From positions 1 to 52,921 of the forward strand of contig JAAYSA010000005.1 in NCBI GenBank assembly GCA_012518455.1: a DNA stretch of 52,921 bases, in the 5' to 3' direction. Both the position numbers and the translations under genes were made by a program. The DNA is from Erysipelotrichaceae bacterium. GTDB taxonomy: Bacteria; Bacillota_I; Bacilli_A; RFN20; CAG-826. Each line of letters opens with the position of its first letter. The stretch's first letter is position 1. The notes beneath the pieces were generated by a model. The model saw only the letters and a list, made by a program, of their open reading frames with translations, did not search any database and was not told the DNA's origin. Below are positions 19,086 through 28,157 of this stretch, piece by piece.

Positions 19086-19107
19086 AATTTTCTCCATTTA
19101 GATTATA

Positions 19108-21300
19108 TCAAACATCCAAGGGATCAACATTAATTAAAATGTCAAAGATGTTTCGAGAAATAATCGGTTGTAAAAGTTTAAATAAAATAGGCTTAATTTT
19201 AAAATAGTTACGATGCTTAATAATTAGGCGTTTATAAGGTAGTCGAGACCTTGGGTGATAGTCGCTTTCTGAAGGACCTAAAACAATGATTTCATTTTTA
19301 AGTTCTTTAAGTAGTAAAGCTTTCATTGTCCCTAATGTTTCCTCTAATAATGCTTCATCTTTTCCACCTAATTCAATAACAATTAAATGATAGTAAGGTG
19401 GGAGTGCATTTTGCCGTCTTATTTCCATTTCTTTTTTAAAGAATGCTTCATAATTTTGTTTAGCTCCATAACTAATGGCGTAATGATTAGGATTTGCAGT
19501 TTGAATGATTGCAATTCCTTCTTTATCAGCACGGCCACTTCTTCCTACAACTTGGGTTATTAATTGAAATGTTCGTTCGGCACTTCTAAAAGAAGGAATT
19601 GCAAGAGAAATATCAGGATTAACAACACCAGACAAGGTGACGTTAGGGAAATCATGACCTTTTGCAATCATTTGTGTACCAATTAAAATATCAGCGACTC
19701 CATTTGCAAAAAGATTAACGATTTTACCTGCTTGTTCTCTTTTATTTGCTTCATCGCTGTCAAGACGAAGAATTGAGGCCTCAGGATACATTTTTTGGAT
19801 ATCTTCAAAGATTTTTTGCGTACCAAAGCCAGAATAATTAATTTTTTTGCTTAAACAACGCGGACATTGACGAACAAAATTTGTTCGATATCCGCAGTGA
19901 TGACACTTTAATTCATTATCTTTACTATGAAGTGTTAAGGTCGTATCGCATGTTGGACAACGAAAAACATAATCACAATTTCGACACGCAATATATGGAG
20001 CATAACCACGACGATTAACAAGTAAAATTACATGTTCTTTTCGATTTATCGAGTCATTTATTGCAGCTTCAAGTGGCTTTGAAATAAATGGAGATTTTTC
20101 GCAAATTAACTTTACATCACTTAAATTAACAATTGTGGTCTTAGGAAGAGGTTTTTTGTTAATTCTTTTCGTTAGTTTTAAATAACCATAGACCTTTTTT
20201 TGTGCTCGTGCTCTAGTTTCTAAACTTGGAGTAGCGCTTCCTAAAAGTACTTTTGCATTAAATAGTTTTGCACGCATTATAGCGACAGTTCTAGCATCAT
20301 AATATGGGGTAATATCTTGTTTATAAGTCTCACTATGTTCTTCATCAATTATAAATAAACCAATTTTTGAAAGTGGAGCAAAAATAGCACTTCTTGCACC
20401 AATAACAATATCAACTTGTTCATTTTTAATTCTTCGATATTCATCATATTTTTGGGCATCGGTTAAGCCGCTATGAAGAACTGCAACATTTGTAGTAAAG
20501 CGCGATTTAAAATAGTTGACCATCCCGTCCGTTAGAGCAATTTCAGGAACTAAAAGTAACACTTGTTTCCCTCTTGCAATGCATTGTTTTGCGAGTTCAA
20601 CATAAACCTCAGTTTTTCCGCTTCCAGTTACTCCTTCTAGAAGATAAGTTTCATAGTTTGTTTCATTGAATTGGTCTATTACTTTGCGTTGATCCTCGGT
20701 TAAATCAAATCCTTCAATTAAATCGCTATCTTCAATGTTATAGCGATATACTTCACGCTCTTTAAAATAGACTTTTCCAAGTTCACTTAATTTATCGATA
20801 ATTGATGGTGAATAATCGCTTTTTAGTGATGCGCCATTATAATATAAATCTTTTAATACTTCTGCTTGTCTTTTTGTTAGACCATTAGTGTCATTGTTTA
20901 ATGCAACAACTAATGTTCGAGTTTTAATTTTAGGTTTAGAAGAAAAACTTTTTTTCGGACGTAAACTAGGTGGAAGCATTGCCTGAAGAACAGCTATTTT
21001 TGATGTAAAATAATAACTAGCTACTTGTTCAGATAACAAGACTAATTCAGAAGTTAAAATTGGTTTATCATCGATTACTCGATCAATTTCTTTAATTACA
21101 AACCCTTTTTCTTCTTCAAGTTCTTTAATACTTTTAGTTGTTTCTTCTACTTTTGTAACATAGCCTACAATTTTTTGATTATTAAAATTAATAAAAACTC
21201 TTGTCCCTACGCTTAAAGGTTCCTTTCCCTTATAAGAATAAGTAAAAGGACGGTTTAGACTAAGTCGAGGGTGTTCAATCAATACTTCAAGAATATACAT
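19108..21300 (-). CDS. priA: Primosomal protein N' (replication restart helicase)
   Basis: 730 aa with GVTGSGKTEVY (Walker A), DEEH, two CxxC...CxxC zinc-binding pairs (CRNCDYVFRCPTCD, CHHCGY..CPRC) and GRSGR. It ends in TGA. Confidence 0.93.
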   Translation of the reverse strand: MYILEVLIEHPRLSLNRPFTYSYKGKEPLSVGTRVFINFNNQKIVGYVTKVEETTKSIKELEEEKGFVIKEIDRVIDDKPILTSELVLLSEQVASYYFTSKIAVLQAMLPPSLRPKKSFSSKPKIKTRTLVVALNNDTNGLTKRQAEVLKDLYYNGASLKSDYSPSIIDKLSELGKVYFKEREVYRYNIEDSDLIEGFDLTEDQRKVIDQFNETNYETYLLEGVTGSGKTEVYVELAKQCIARGKQVLLLVPEIALTDGMVNYFKSRFTTNVAVLHSGLTDAQKYDEYRRIKNEQVDIVIGARSAIFAPLSKIGLFIIDEEHSETYKQDITPYYDARTVAIMRAKLFNAKVLLGSATPSLETRARAQKKVYGYLKLTKRINKKPLPKTTIVNLSDVKLICEKSPFISKPLEAAINDSINRKEHVILLVNRRGYAPYIACRNCDYVFRCPTCDTTLTLHSKDNELKCHHCGYRTNFVRQCPRCLSKKINYSGFGTQKIFEDIQKMYPEASILRLDSDEANKREQAGKIVNLFANGVADILIGTQMIAKGHDFPNVTLSGVVNPDISLAIPSFRSAERTFQLITQVVGRSGRADKEGIAIIQTANPNHYAISYGAKQNYEAFFKKEMEIRRQNALPPYYHLIVIELGGKDEALLEETLGTMKALLLKELKNEIIVLGPSESDYHPRSRLPYKRLIIKHRNYFKIKPILFKLLQPIISRNIFDILINVDPLDV

Positions 21301-21304
21301 AGTT

Positions 21305-21880
21305 TTATTTTAATTTATTAAGTATAATCGCTTCTATATCTTTAGCTGCTTGTTCTACTGTGTCATTAATAACAATAAAATCATAGTGTTTTTGCATTAT
21401 TAACTCCTCTTTTGCACGTTTTAAGCGTTTTTGAATTGTGGCTTCCTCTTCTGTACCGCGACTTCTAATTCTATTTTCCAATTCCTCAATTGAAGGAGGA
21501 ATTAAGAACACTAAAACGAGATTATCACCTTTTACATTTTCTTTTACTTGTAGGGCACCTTGAACATCGATTTCTATAAAAACGTTATATCCTTTATCTA
21601 GTAATTTTTCAACATAATCTTTGGGTGTTCCGTAACGATTATTAACAAATGTAGCATGTTCTAAAAAGTTATTATTTTTAAGATTTTGATCAAAAACTTC
21701 CTCGGTTACAAAAAAGTAATCAACACCATCCTTTTCACCTTGTCTTGGTAGTCGTGTTGTCATTGAAATAGAAAAAACTAATTTTAAATCTTCATTTTCC
21801 ATTAGTTTTTTTCTAACAGTTCCCTTGCCTACACCACTTGGGCCACTTAAAACAATAATCAATCCTTTTTTAGTTTTCAT
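21305..21880 (-). CDS. gmk: Guanylate kinase
   Basis: 191 aa with GPSGVGKGT, TTR.PR.GE.DG.DYFF and the typical length. Confidence 0.95.
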   Translation of the reverse strand: MKTKKGLIIVLSGPSGVGKGTVRKKLMENEDLKLVFSISMTTRLPRQGEKDGVDYFFVTEEVFDQNLKNNNFLEHATFVNNRYGTPKDYVEKLLDKGYNVFIEIDVQGALQVKENVKGDNLVLVFLIPPSIEELENRIRSRGTEEEATIQKRLKRAKEELIMQKHYDFIVINDTVEQAAKDIEAIILNKLK

Positions 21881-21960
21881 TTCTTAAATCCTACATTTCT
21901 ATTACCTATATTATAACCAACTAATTATAAATTGTAATATAATATAGCAGAGAGGTTTAA

Positions 21961-23346
21961 ATGACTTTTTTAACAAATAGTGATGTTCAAAAAATTGCGG
22001 AAATCCTAAATGAAACGCTTCGCTTTACTTTTGTAAGAAAGGTTAAGCAGTTAGGTAAAAATTTATTTCTTATTTCTTTTTCTAAAAAAAACACTCATTT
22101 ACTTATTGCTTTAAATAATGATTTTCCCTTTGCAATGTTAAGTGAAGATACAGATTTAAAAGTCGATACTCCATCAAGCTTTTTTAATGAATTAAACCGT
22201 TTGCTCAAAAATGCACTTCTTAAAAATATAACCGCCTTAGAAAATGAAAGAATACTTAAAATAAATTTTGAAGTTAGCGATAAGTCATTACAAAAAGTGC
22301 CACTATTTATGTATATTGAACTTATTCCGCACCATGCAAACATTATAATAACGGATGCTGATGACAAGATTTTACTAGCGTTTCGTTATTCAAAAAATGT
22401 TGATGCTAAGAAGATAATTAGACGTAATCAAACATATGACTTTATACCAAACAAAGTATTTAATTCTTATCCACGTACTTTGACTGATGACGAATTACTT
22501 CTTCTTTCAATAAACTATATAAAAAATAATTATCATAATATTTTAAAAGATAACTATAAAGAAGTTTTCAATTCGATTTCTGTACGCCTTGAACGAGCAC
22601 TTAGAAAGAAAAAAGTCTTGGAAAACGAGCTTAAAAGAGCTATGGATCCTGAAGATATGGTTGAACAAGCTAATTTACTTCTTACTTACCAACCTAAACT
22701 TGAAGGCACACGCATAAAATTAGAAAACCATATTATTGAAGTCGATCCATTTATCAGTGCAATTGAAAATGCTAATAAACTATTTCGTAAAGCAAAAAAG
22801 CAAAAAAATGCTATTAAGTTTTTAAAAGAGCAAATTATCCTAAATGATTCGGTTATAACAACCTTAACAAAGGTAAGTTCAAATTTGGAAAATGCAAGTC
22901 AAGACCAAATTGAACATATAAAAAATCAATTAAGGAAAGAAAAACAGATTGATAAAGAGTTCATAACTCCTAAACATATCCCTTATTTTACAATGTTTAA
23001 AGGGGTTAAAATTGGCTACGGACGCATGAGCATACAAAATGATTATTTAACTTTTACACTAACTAAAAAGGAACATTATTTTCTCCATGTAAAAGATTAT
23101 CCTGGTGCTCATGTAATAATTTTTGATAGTAATCCAACAGATGAAATATTATTAGTAGCCGGTTGTTTAGCACTTTACATTTCTTCAATTGATATAGGTG
23201 AGGTTGTTTATACTCAAGTAAAAAATCTTAAAAAGGCAGGTGCTCCTGGACTAGTTAAAATGTCTAAATATAAAACATTTAAGGTTGATGTAAAAAACGC
23301 ACCAATTGATATGAAAACACTCTTAAGTAAGAGTGAACGATTTTAG
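21961..23346 (+). CDS. rqcH: NFACT-family ribosome quality-control protein (RqcH/FbpA-like), short form
   Basis: 461 aa. It has an N-terminal NFACT-N-like region, a coiled-coil middle and a C-terminal NFACT-R/DUF814 block, HVKDYPGAHVIIF. It lies beside gmk, as yloA does in B. subtilis. Confidence 0.72.
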   Translation: MTFLTNSDVQKIAEILNETLRFTFVRKVKQLGKNLFLISFSKKNTHLLIALNNDFPFAMLSEDTDLKVDTPSSFFNELNRLLKNALLKNITALENERILKINFEVSDKSLQKVPLFMYIELIPHHANIIITDADDKILLAFRYSKNVDAKKIIRRNQTYDFIPNKVFNSYPRTLTDDELLLLSINYIKNNYHNILKDNYKEVFNSISVRLERALRKKKVLENELKRAMDPEDMVEQANLLLTYQPKLEGTRIKLENHIIEVDPFISAIENANKLFRKAKKQKNAIKFLKEQIILNDSVITTLTKVSSNLENASQDQIEHIKNQLRKEKQIDKEFITPKHIPYFTMFKGVKIGYGRMSIQNDYLTFTLTKKEHYFLHVKDYPGAHVIIFDSNPTDEILLVAGCLALYISSIDIGEVVYTQVKNLKKAGAPGLVKMSKYKTFKVDVKNAPIDMKTLLSKSERF

Positions 23347-23867
23347 TCTTTTTGAATTTCATCAAATAAGAAATTCTCACCCTTTATTACTTCGCTTTCC
23401 GCTAAATTAGGAAAGTTTTTTTGTCTTAATACTTCATATAAAACTAAGGCGACACAATTAGATAAATTTAAGCTTCTTGCATCATCTACCATAGGAATTC
23501 GAAGGCATTTTGCATAATTTATCCTTAAAATGTCATGATTTATACCTGAAGATTCACGACCAAACATCAAATAAATATCTTCCTCAATTTTAGAATAATC
23601 AATATCAGAATATGTTTTGTTTCCGTATCGACTAATATAGAAAACATTTTTGTTTTCATTCATTTTTAAAAACTCTTGATAATCTTCATAATAAACAAAA
23701 TCAGTTTTTTTAATATAGTCTAATCCTGCTCTACGAAGGTGTTTTTCTTGTAGTGAAAAAGGAATTGGACCAATGATATGAAGTTTGGTACCACTTGCTA
23801 CACAAGTCCTCATTATGTTGCCAGTATTTTCAGGTATTTCAGGATGATATAAAACAATATGAATCAT
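23343..23867 (-). CDS. trmL: tRNA (cytidine/uridine-34 2'-O)-methyltransferase, SpoU/TrmL type
   Basis: 174 aa with the MIHIVLYHPEIPENTGNIMRTC N-terminus and the C-terminal SLNLSN knot motif of TrmL/YibK. Confidence 0.85.
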   Translation of the reverse strand: MIHIVLYHPEIPENTGNIMRTCVASGTKLHIIGPIPFSLQEKHLRRAGLDYIKKTDFVYYEDYQEFLKMNENKNVFYISRYGNKTYSDIDYSKIEEDIYLMFGRESSGINHDILRINYAKCLRIPMVDDARSLNLSNCVALVLYEVLRQKNFPNLAESEVIKGENFLFDEIQKD

Positions 23868-23905
23868 GCTTATATTATATATTATTTTAATTAGTTATAT
23901 ATTAG

Positions 23906-23931
23906 AAAAAAAGAGTGCAAGCACTCTTTTT
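23906..23931 (-). terminator. Rho-independent terminator after ppa
   Basis: AAGAGTGC (23911-23918) pairs with GCACTCTT (23921-28). The plus-strand A-run at 23906-23912 gives a U-tail on the minus transcript. Confidence 0.75.
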
Positions 23932-23952
23932 ACATTATCTTTTTATCTAAAA

Positions 23953-24489
23953 TTATTTTTTATCAACGAAAACACGCTTGTACCTATCAATCGCTTCAGT
24001 AATAATTCTTATTGCATAGTCGCGATCTTGCACTTGATGAACAACTGTTTCTTTTCCTTCTAGCGTTTTATAAACTTGGAAAAAATGGCGTATTTCTTGA
24101 AAGATATGTTCAGGAAGTTCCTTTATTGAACGATACTCAAAATATGTTGGATCGTTTTCACATATAGCGATTATTTTTTCATCAATTTCACCACCATCAA
24201 CCATTCTAATAGCACCAATTGGAATACAGTTAACAATTGTTAAAGGAATTATTGGTAATGAACAAAGAATTAAGACATCAAGTGGATCATTATCACCTGC
24301 ATAGGTACGAGGAATAAAGCCATAGTTTTGTGGATAATGAGTTGAAGTATATAAAACACGATCAAGTCTTAACCTTCCAGTCTCTTTATCTAATTCATAT
24401 TTACCTTTGCAGCCTTGTTCGATTTCAACAACTGCAATAAAGCGTTCAGGGGTGACGCGTTCAGGATTTACATCATGCCAAATATTCAT
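23953..24489 (-). CDS. ppa: Inorganic pyrophosphatase, family I
   Basis: 178 aa with the YPQNYGFIP..GDNDPLDVL and IDEKI motifs of soluble family I PPases. Confidence 0.93.
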   Translation of the reverse strand: MNIWHDVNPERVTPERFIAVVEIEQGCKGKYELDKETGRLRLDRVLYTSTHYPQNYGFIPRTYAGDNDPLDVLILCSLPIIPLTIVNCIPIGAIRMVDGGEIDEKIIAICENDPTYFEYRSIKELPEHIFQEIRHFFQVYKTLEGKETVVHQVQDRDYAIRIITEAIDRYKRVFVDKK

Positions 24490-24610
24490 ATTTGCCTCCT
24501 AATAATACTCTACATTAAAATTATTACAATTTCTACGGTCTAATTACCTTATCCGTTCGTAGTGTGCTTAATTGTACTATATTTTTGATTAAAAAGATAC
24601 TCTTAATAAA

Positions 24611-24639
24611 TTGGTTAATTAAATGGTTTAGATTATAAT
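24611..24639 (+). promoter_or_regulatory. Sigma-A-type promoter giving a probably leaderless mRNA
   Basis: TTGGTT (24611-24616), a 17-nt spacer, then TATAAT (24634-24639). The ATG of the next gene is at 24646, 6 nt after the -10 box, and there is no Shine-Dalgarno sequence. Confidence 0.6.
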
Positions 24640-24645
24640 AGTTTT

Positions 24646-25440
24646 ATGAAAATTAAGCGTTATTTAATTAGTTTACTAGTTCTACTTGTTTTGCCTCTAA
24701 CTAGTTGTGGCAATAAGGATAAGACTGTTGGTCTTAGTAATTTACTTATTTCTGAAAGAGTTGAAGGTGAATCGTATTTAATCCCAACTACAGATAGGAG
24801 AATTGAAGCTCTATTAAATGGAGGTGATGATTTTGCCCTCTATTTTGCAAGTCAATACTGTCCACATTGTACAAAAGTTAATCCCGTTATGGATAATTAT
24901 GCAAAAGAAAATAACATAGTAATCAATTATTTTAATATGAGCGGATCTCTTGACTATATGCTTAGTTCAGGAATGTTAGATATATTTGGCAATGGTTATC
25001 CATCCTTATATCTAATAAGTAACGGATTAATAAAAGAATCATATATTGGTTCAAATAAACTAGATACAAACAAAAAAATTGAACTTATTTTCGATCGTTA
25101 TACATATAAAAGTAATTTTACATATGTATATTCCTTAGATGAAATTGACGAACTTACAAGTTCAGAAATTACTCTTGTTTTTATTAATGGTGAAAGCGAA
25201 AATCAAGTTTCAAATTTTACGCAATATATCCGCGAAACGCTCAAAAAATGTAAAAAAGATATCTATTTTGTAGACCTTTCTTATGATTTTGAAATTACTC
25301 AAGAAGAGCTTTTAACTCGCTTAGGAATCGAAAACCTTGAACTTCAAGCTGTTCGATATAAAGAAAAAAGCATCATCTCAAATAGCCAATACAATAGCGA
25401 TGAGAAAGATGCTTTTATAGATTTTATAATTAATAACTAA
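24646..25440 (+). CDS. Thioredoxin-fold lipoprotein (CPHC active site)
   Basis: 264 aa with a signal peptide and lipobox LPLTSCG. It has FASQYCPHCTKV, a C-x-x-C thiol-disulfide oxidoreductase motif. Confidence 0.7.
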   Translation: MKIKRYLISLLVLLVLPLTSCGNKDKTVGLSNLLISERVEGESYLIPTTDRRIEALLNGGDDFALYFASQYCPHCTKVNPVMDNYAKENNIVINYFNMSGSLDYMLSSGMLDIFGNGYPSLYLISNGLIKESYIGSNKLDTNKKIELIFDRYTYKSNFTYVYSLDEIDELTSSEITLVFINGESENQVSNFTQYIRETLKKCKKDIYFVDLSYDFEITQEELLTRLGIENLELQAVRYKEKSIISNSQYNSDEKDAFIDFIINN

Positions 25441-26288
25441 TCACTTTCATTACGATGTTCATGAACAAGCCATGTTCTCGTTGAGGGAGTGATTTTATTA
25501 TCTTTAAGCGTTTTAATAACCGCCTCATTTAAAACAAAAAGTGTATCCCAATAATCATTAACATGAGTATAAAAACGAATAATGACTTCGAATCCGTATT
25601 CATTAAACCCAAAAACTACAACGCTAGGTGCTGGACTTTCTAAAATTCGTTCTTCTTTATTAATTAGTTCCGTAAACATGTTTTTAATCATGTCTGGTTC
25701 ATATTCATATGAAAAATTAAGTCTAACCTGACCTCTTCTTGTTACATTAAGGGAGTAATTTGTGATTGCATTATTAACAATAAATTTGTTTGGGACAAGA
25801 ATGCGTTGATTATCTGGTGTATCAAGAGCAGTATGAATTAAACCAACTCGACGAACAGAACCCATCTTATCAGCAACTGCAATAAAGTCACCTGTTACAA
25901 AAGGTTTACTTGTAAGTAGAGTTACACCTGCAGCTAAGTTTCCAATTAAATCTTGTAAAGATAAACCAATTGCTAAAACACCAGCAGATATAATTGAGGC
26001 TAGCCCTGCTAAATTAACATTCAAAATTAAAAGAACGATAATTGCTAAGCCGAATCGTAAAAGAACGCCAACTAAACTAATAACAAATGCGCGAGCACTT
26101 CTATCAACTTCACTTTTCTTAATACGGCTTGCTTTTCTTAAAATAGCAATAAAAAGTTTAATAAGATAATGGCCACCTATTAAAACTAAAAGCGCAATAA
26201 GGGTACGCATCAAAATATCAGTTCCGTTATTTTGAAAGAATTTAATTAGGTCATTCCACCACGTTTGTAAATCAATTAAATACATCAT
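25437..26288 (-). CDS. Small-conductance mechanosensitive channel (MscS family)
   Basis: It has TM helices and a pore-lining GLSLQDLIGNLAAGVTLL helix, followed by the KPFVTGDFI beta-domain. The preferred start is ATGATG at 26288 with an AAGGTGG RBS; the track ORF starts at 26315. Confidence 0.8.
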   Translation of the reverse strand: MMYLIDLQTWWNDLIKFFQNNGTDILMRTLIALLVLIGGHYLIKLFIAILRKASRIKKSEVDRSARAFVISLVGVLLRFGLAIIVLLILNVNLAGLASIISAGVLAIGLSLQDLIGNLAAGVTLLTSKPFVTGDFIAVADKMGSVRRVGLIHTALDTPDNQRILVPNKFIVNNAITNYSLNVTRRGQVRLNFSYEYEPDMIKNMFTELINKEERILESPAPSVVVFGFNEYGFEVIIRFYTHVNDYWDTLFVLNEAVIKTLKDNKITPSTRTWLVHEHRNESD

Positions 26289-26440
26289 AAATACCACCTT
26301 GTTGCATTTTAACACGAAACACTAATTTGTTTAAGAAATAATGCTTTGAAAAAAGGCTTAAACACATTATAATTATGATACGACCGCTACCATAGTAGCC
26401 CCCAACCAATAAGGTCTAAAACTTAATAGGAGGATTTTTA

Positions 26441-28084
26441 ATGAGTTTTACAATTACTTACAATGGCAAACAAAAAGTATATGACTCCAAAGTTCGCATT
26501 CTTGATATCGTAGGTACAAGCCACGATTATATTTGTGCACTAGTCAATAATCGTGTTCGCGAACTTACATATGAAGTTTACTTTAATGCCGAAATCGTCG
26601 CTTTAACGCTAGAGCATACGGAAGCAGTCCGTGTTTATCAAACTTCTCTTCGTTATTTAGTCGCGATGGCCCTAAGCCGAATTCGTCCAGAATTAGATAT
26701 CCGTTTTTCATATAATATTTCTCGATCGATTTTCGTGCAAATTTTAAATGGTACCAAAATGGCAGACCGTGAATTAGCAAATGATTTACGAGCAGAAATG
26801 ATGCGCATTATTGCAGCAGACTATCCTATGAATCGCCACGTTGTCCCAAATGATGAAGCTTTAAAAATTTACGAAGAACGTGGATTTAAAGATAAAGCTG
26901 CTATTTTAGGATATCGACCAGAGAAAACGGTACATTTTTATGAATGTGATGGTTATTTAAACTATATGTATGGATACATGGTTCCATCAACTGGCTATTT
27001 AGATAAATGGCTAATAAGAAACTATGCTCCAGGTTTAGTTATTCAATATCCACGTGCAGAACTAAAAGGAGAAATCCCCCCATTTGAAGACGCACCAACA
27101 TTTGGTCGTACCTTAAAAGAATCTCATAGATGGGCACAAGCAACTCAGTTAGATAACGTTGCTAACATTAATGAAGCGATTAAAACTGAAGCCGGAACTA
27201 TTGAACTTATTAACTTAAGTGAAGCTCGTCATTATCAACAACTTGCTGAACTTGGCGTTCGAATTACCCAAACAAATAGCGATATTCGCCTTATTTGTAT
27301 CGCAGGACCTTCAAGCAGTGGAAAAACCACTTTTGCTAATCGCTTACGCATTGAATTAATGAGTAGAGGCCTTAGACCAATTCGTGTCTCTATTGATGAC
27401 TACTATCTAACACGTGATAATGCGCCACTTGATGAAGACGGAAAACCTGACTTAGAATCAATTTATGCTCTTGATATTGATTTATTCAACCAAAATATGT
27501 TTGACCTCATTAATGGTGAGGAAGTTCAACTACCTCACTTTGACTTTATTCAAGGCAAGCGTGTACCTGGACGTCTTTTAAAAGTTGAACATGATCAACC
27601 AATTATCATTGAAGGCATTCATGCCCTTAACGATATGCTCACAGATAGTATTCCAAAACACCAAAAGTTTAAAATCTATATCGCGCCACAAGCACAAATT
27701 AACTTAGATAATCATAACCCAATGTCTCTAACTGACTTACGTCTACTTAGACGAATTGTTAGAGATAAAAAATTCCGTAACGCAAGTGCTCATGAAACAA
27801 TTTCCATGTGGCCAAGTGTACGAAAAGGTGAATTCAAGTGGATTTATGATACTCAAGAAGGAGCTGACTTTGTTTATAACTCATTCTTACCATTTGAACT
27901 ACCTGTTATGAAAAGAAATGGTCTCCCTGTTTTAGAAGAAATTCAAAGAGACAGTGAATATTGGCCAGTTGCAGAAAGATTAATTAGGATGCTTAAATAC
28001 TTCGTTGAACTTGATGAAAAATGGGTTCCTTCAAACTCATTAATTCGTGAATTCATCGGCGGTAGTTGCTTCCAAGACGTCTAA
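26441..28084 (+). CDS. Uridine/nucleoside kinase-family P-loop kinase with a long N-terminal extension
   Basis: 547 aa. The C-terminal half has GPSSSGKTTF (Walker A) and the IIIEGIHALN pattern of PRK/uridine kinases. The N-terminal domain of about 270 aa is of less certain identity (ThrRS-associated-like in this family, from memory). It has an AGGAGG RBS. Confidence 0.7.
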   Translation: MSFTITYNGKQKVYDSKVRILDIVGTSHDYICALVNNRVRELTYEVYFNAEIVALTLEHTEAVRVYQTSLRYLVAMALSRIRPELDIRFSYNISRSIFVQILNGTKMADRELANDLRAEMMRIIAADYPMNRHVVPNDEALKIYEERGFKDKAAILGYRPEKTVHFYECDGYLNYMYGYMVPSTGYLDKWLIRNYAPGLVIQYPRAELKGEIPPFEDAPTFGRTLKESHRWAQATQLDNVANINEAIKTEAGTIELINLSEARHYQQLAELGVRITQTNSDIRLICIAGPSSSGKTTFANRLRIELMSRGLRPIRVSIDDYYLTRDNAPLDEDGKPDLESIYALDIDLFNQNMFDLINGEEVQLPHFDFIQGKRVPGRLLKVEHDQPIIIEGIHALNDMLTDSIPKHQKFKIYIAPQAQINLDNHNPMSLTDLRLLRRIVRDKKFRNASAHETISMWPSVRKGEFKWIYDTQEGADFVYNSFLPFELPVMKRNGLPVLEEIQRDSEYWPVAERLIRMLKYFVELDEKWVPSNSLIREFIGGSCFQDV

Positions 28085-28106
28085 AATTATTTAAATAATA
28101 CAACAA

Positions 28107-28157
28107 AAAAGCCCTCTTTTATGCAAAACGAAGGTTTATAAAGAAAAGAGGGCTTTT
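28107..28157. terminator. Long-stem hairpin between convergent genes (bidirectional terminator)
   Basis: AAAAGCCCTCTTTT (28107-28120) pairs with AAAAGAGGGCTTTT (28144-28157) across a 23-nt loop, and there are T/A runs on both sides. Confidence 0.65.

Noticed and set aside
19108-19110. The possibility that the organism uses genetic code 4 (TGA = Trp), as Mycoplasma and Spiroplasma do.
   Set aside because: priA terminates at a TGA at its expected C-terminus. Long ORFs are intact under the standard code, and Trp in conserved motifs (WCGPC, HVWPQS) is TGG.
26316-26440. A possible preQ1-type or other riboswitch in the leader of the nucleoside-kinase gene (small hairpin, then a C/A-rich tail running into the RBS).
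   Set aside because: The hairpin loop is only 4 nt, and the conserved loop and tail nucleotides of preQ1-I as I remember them are absent. I have no other riboswitch consensus that fits.
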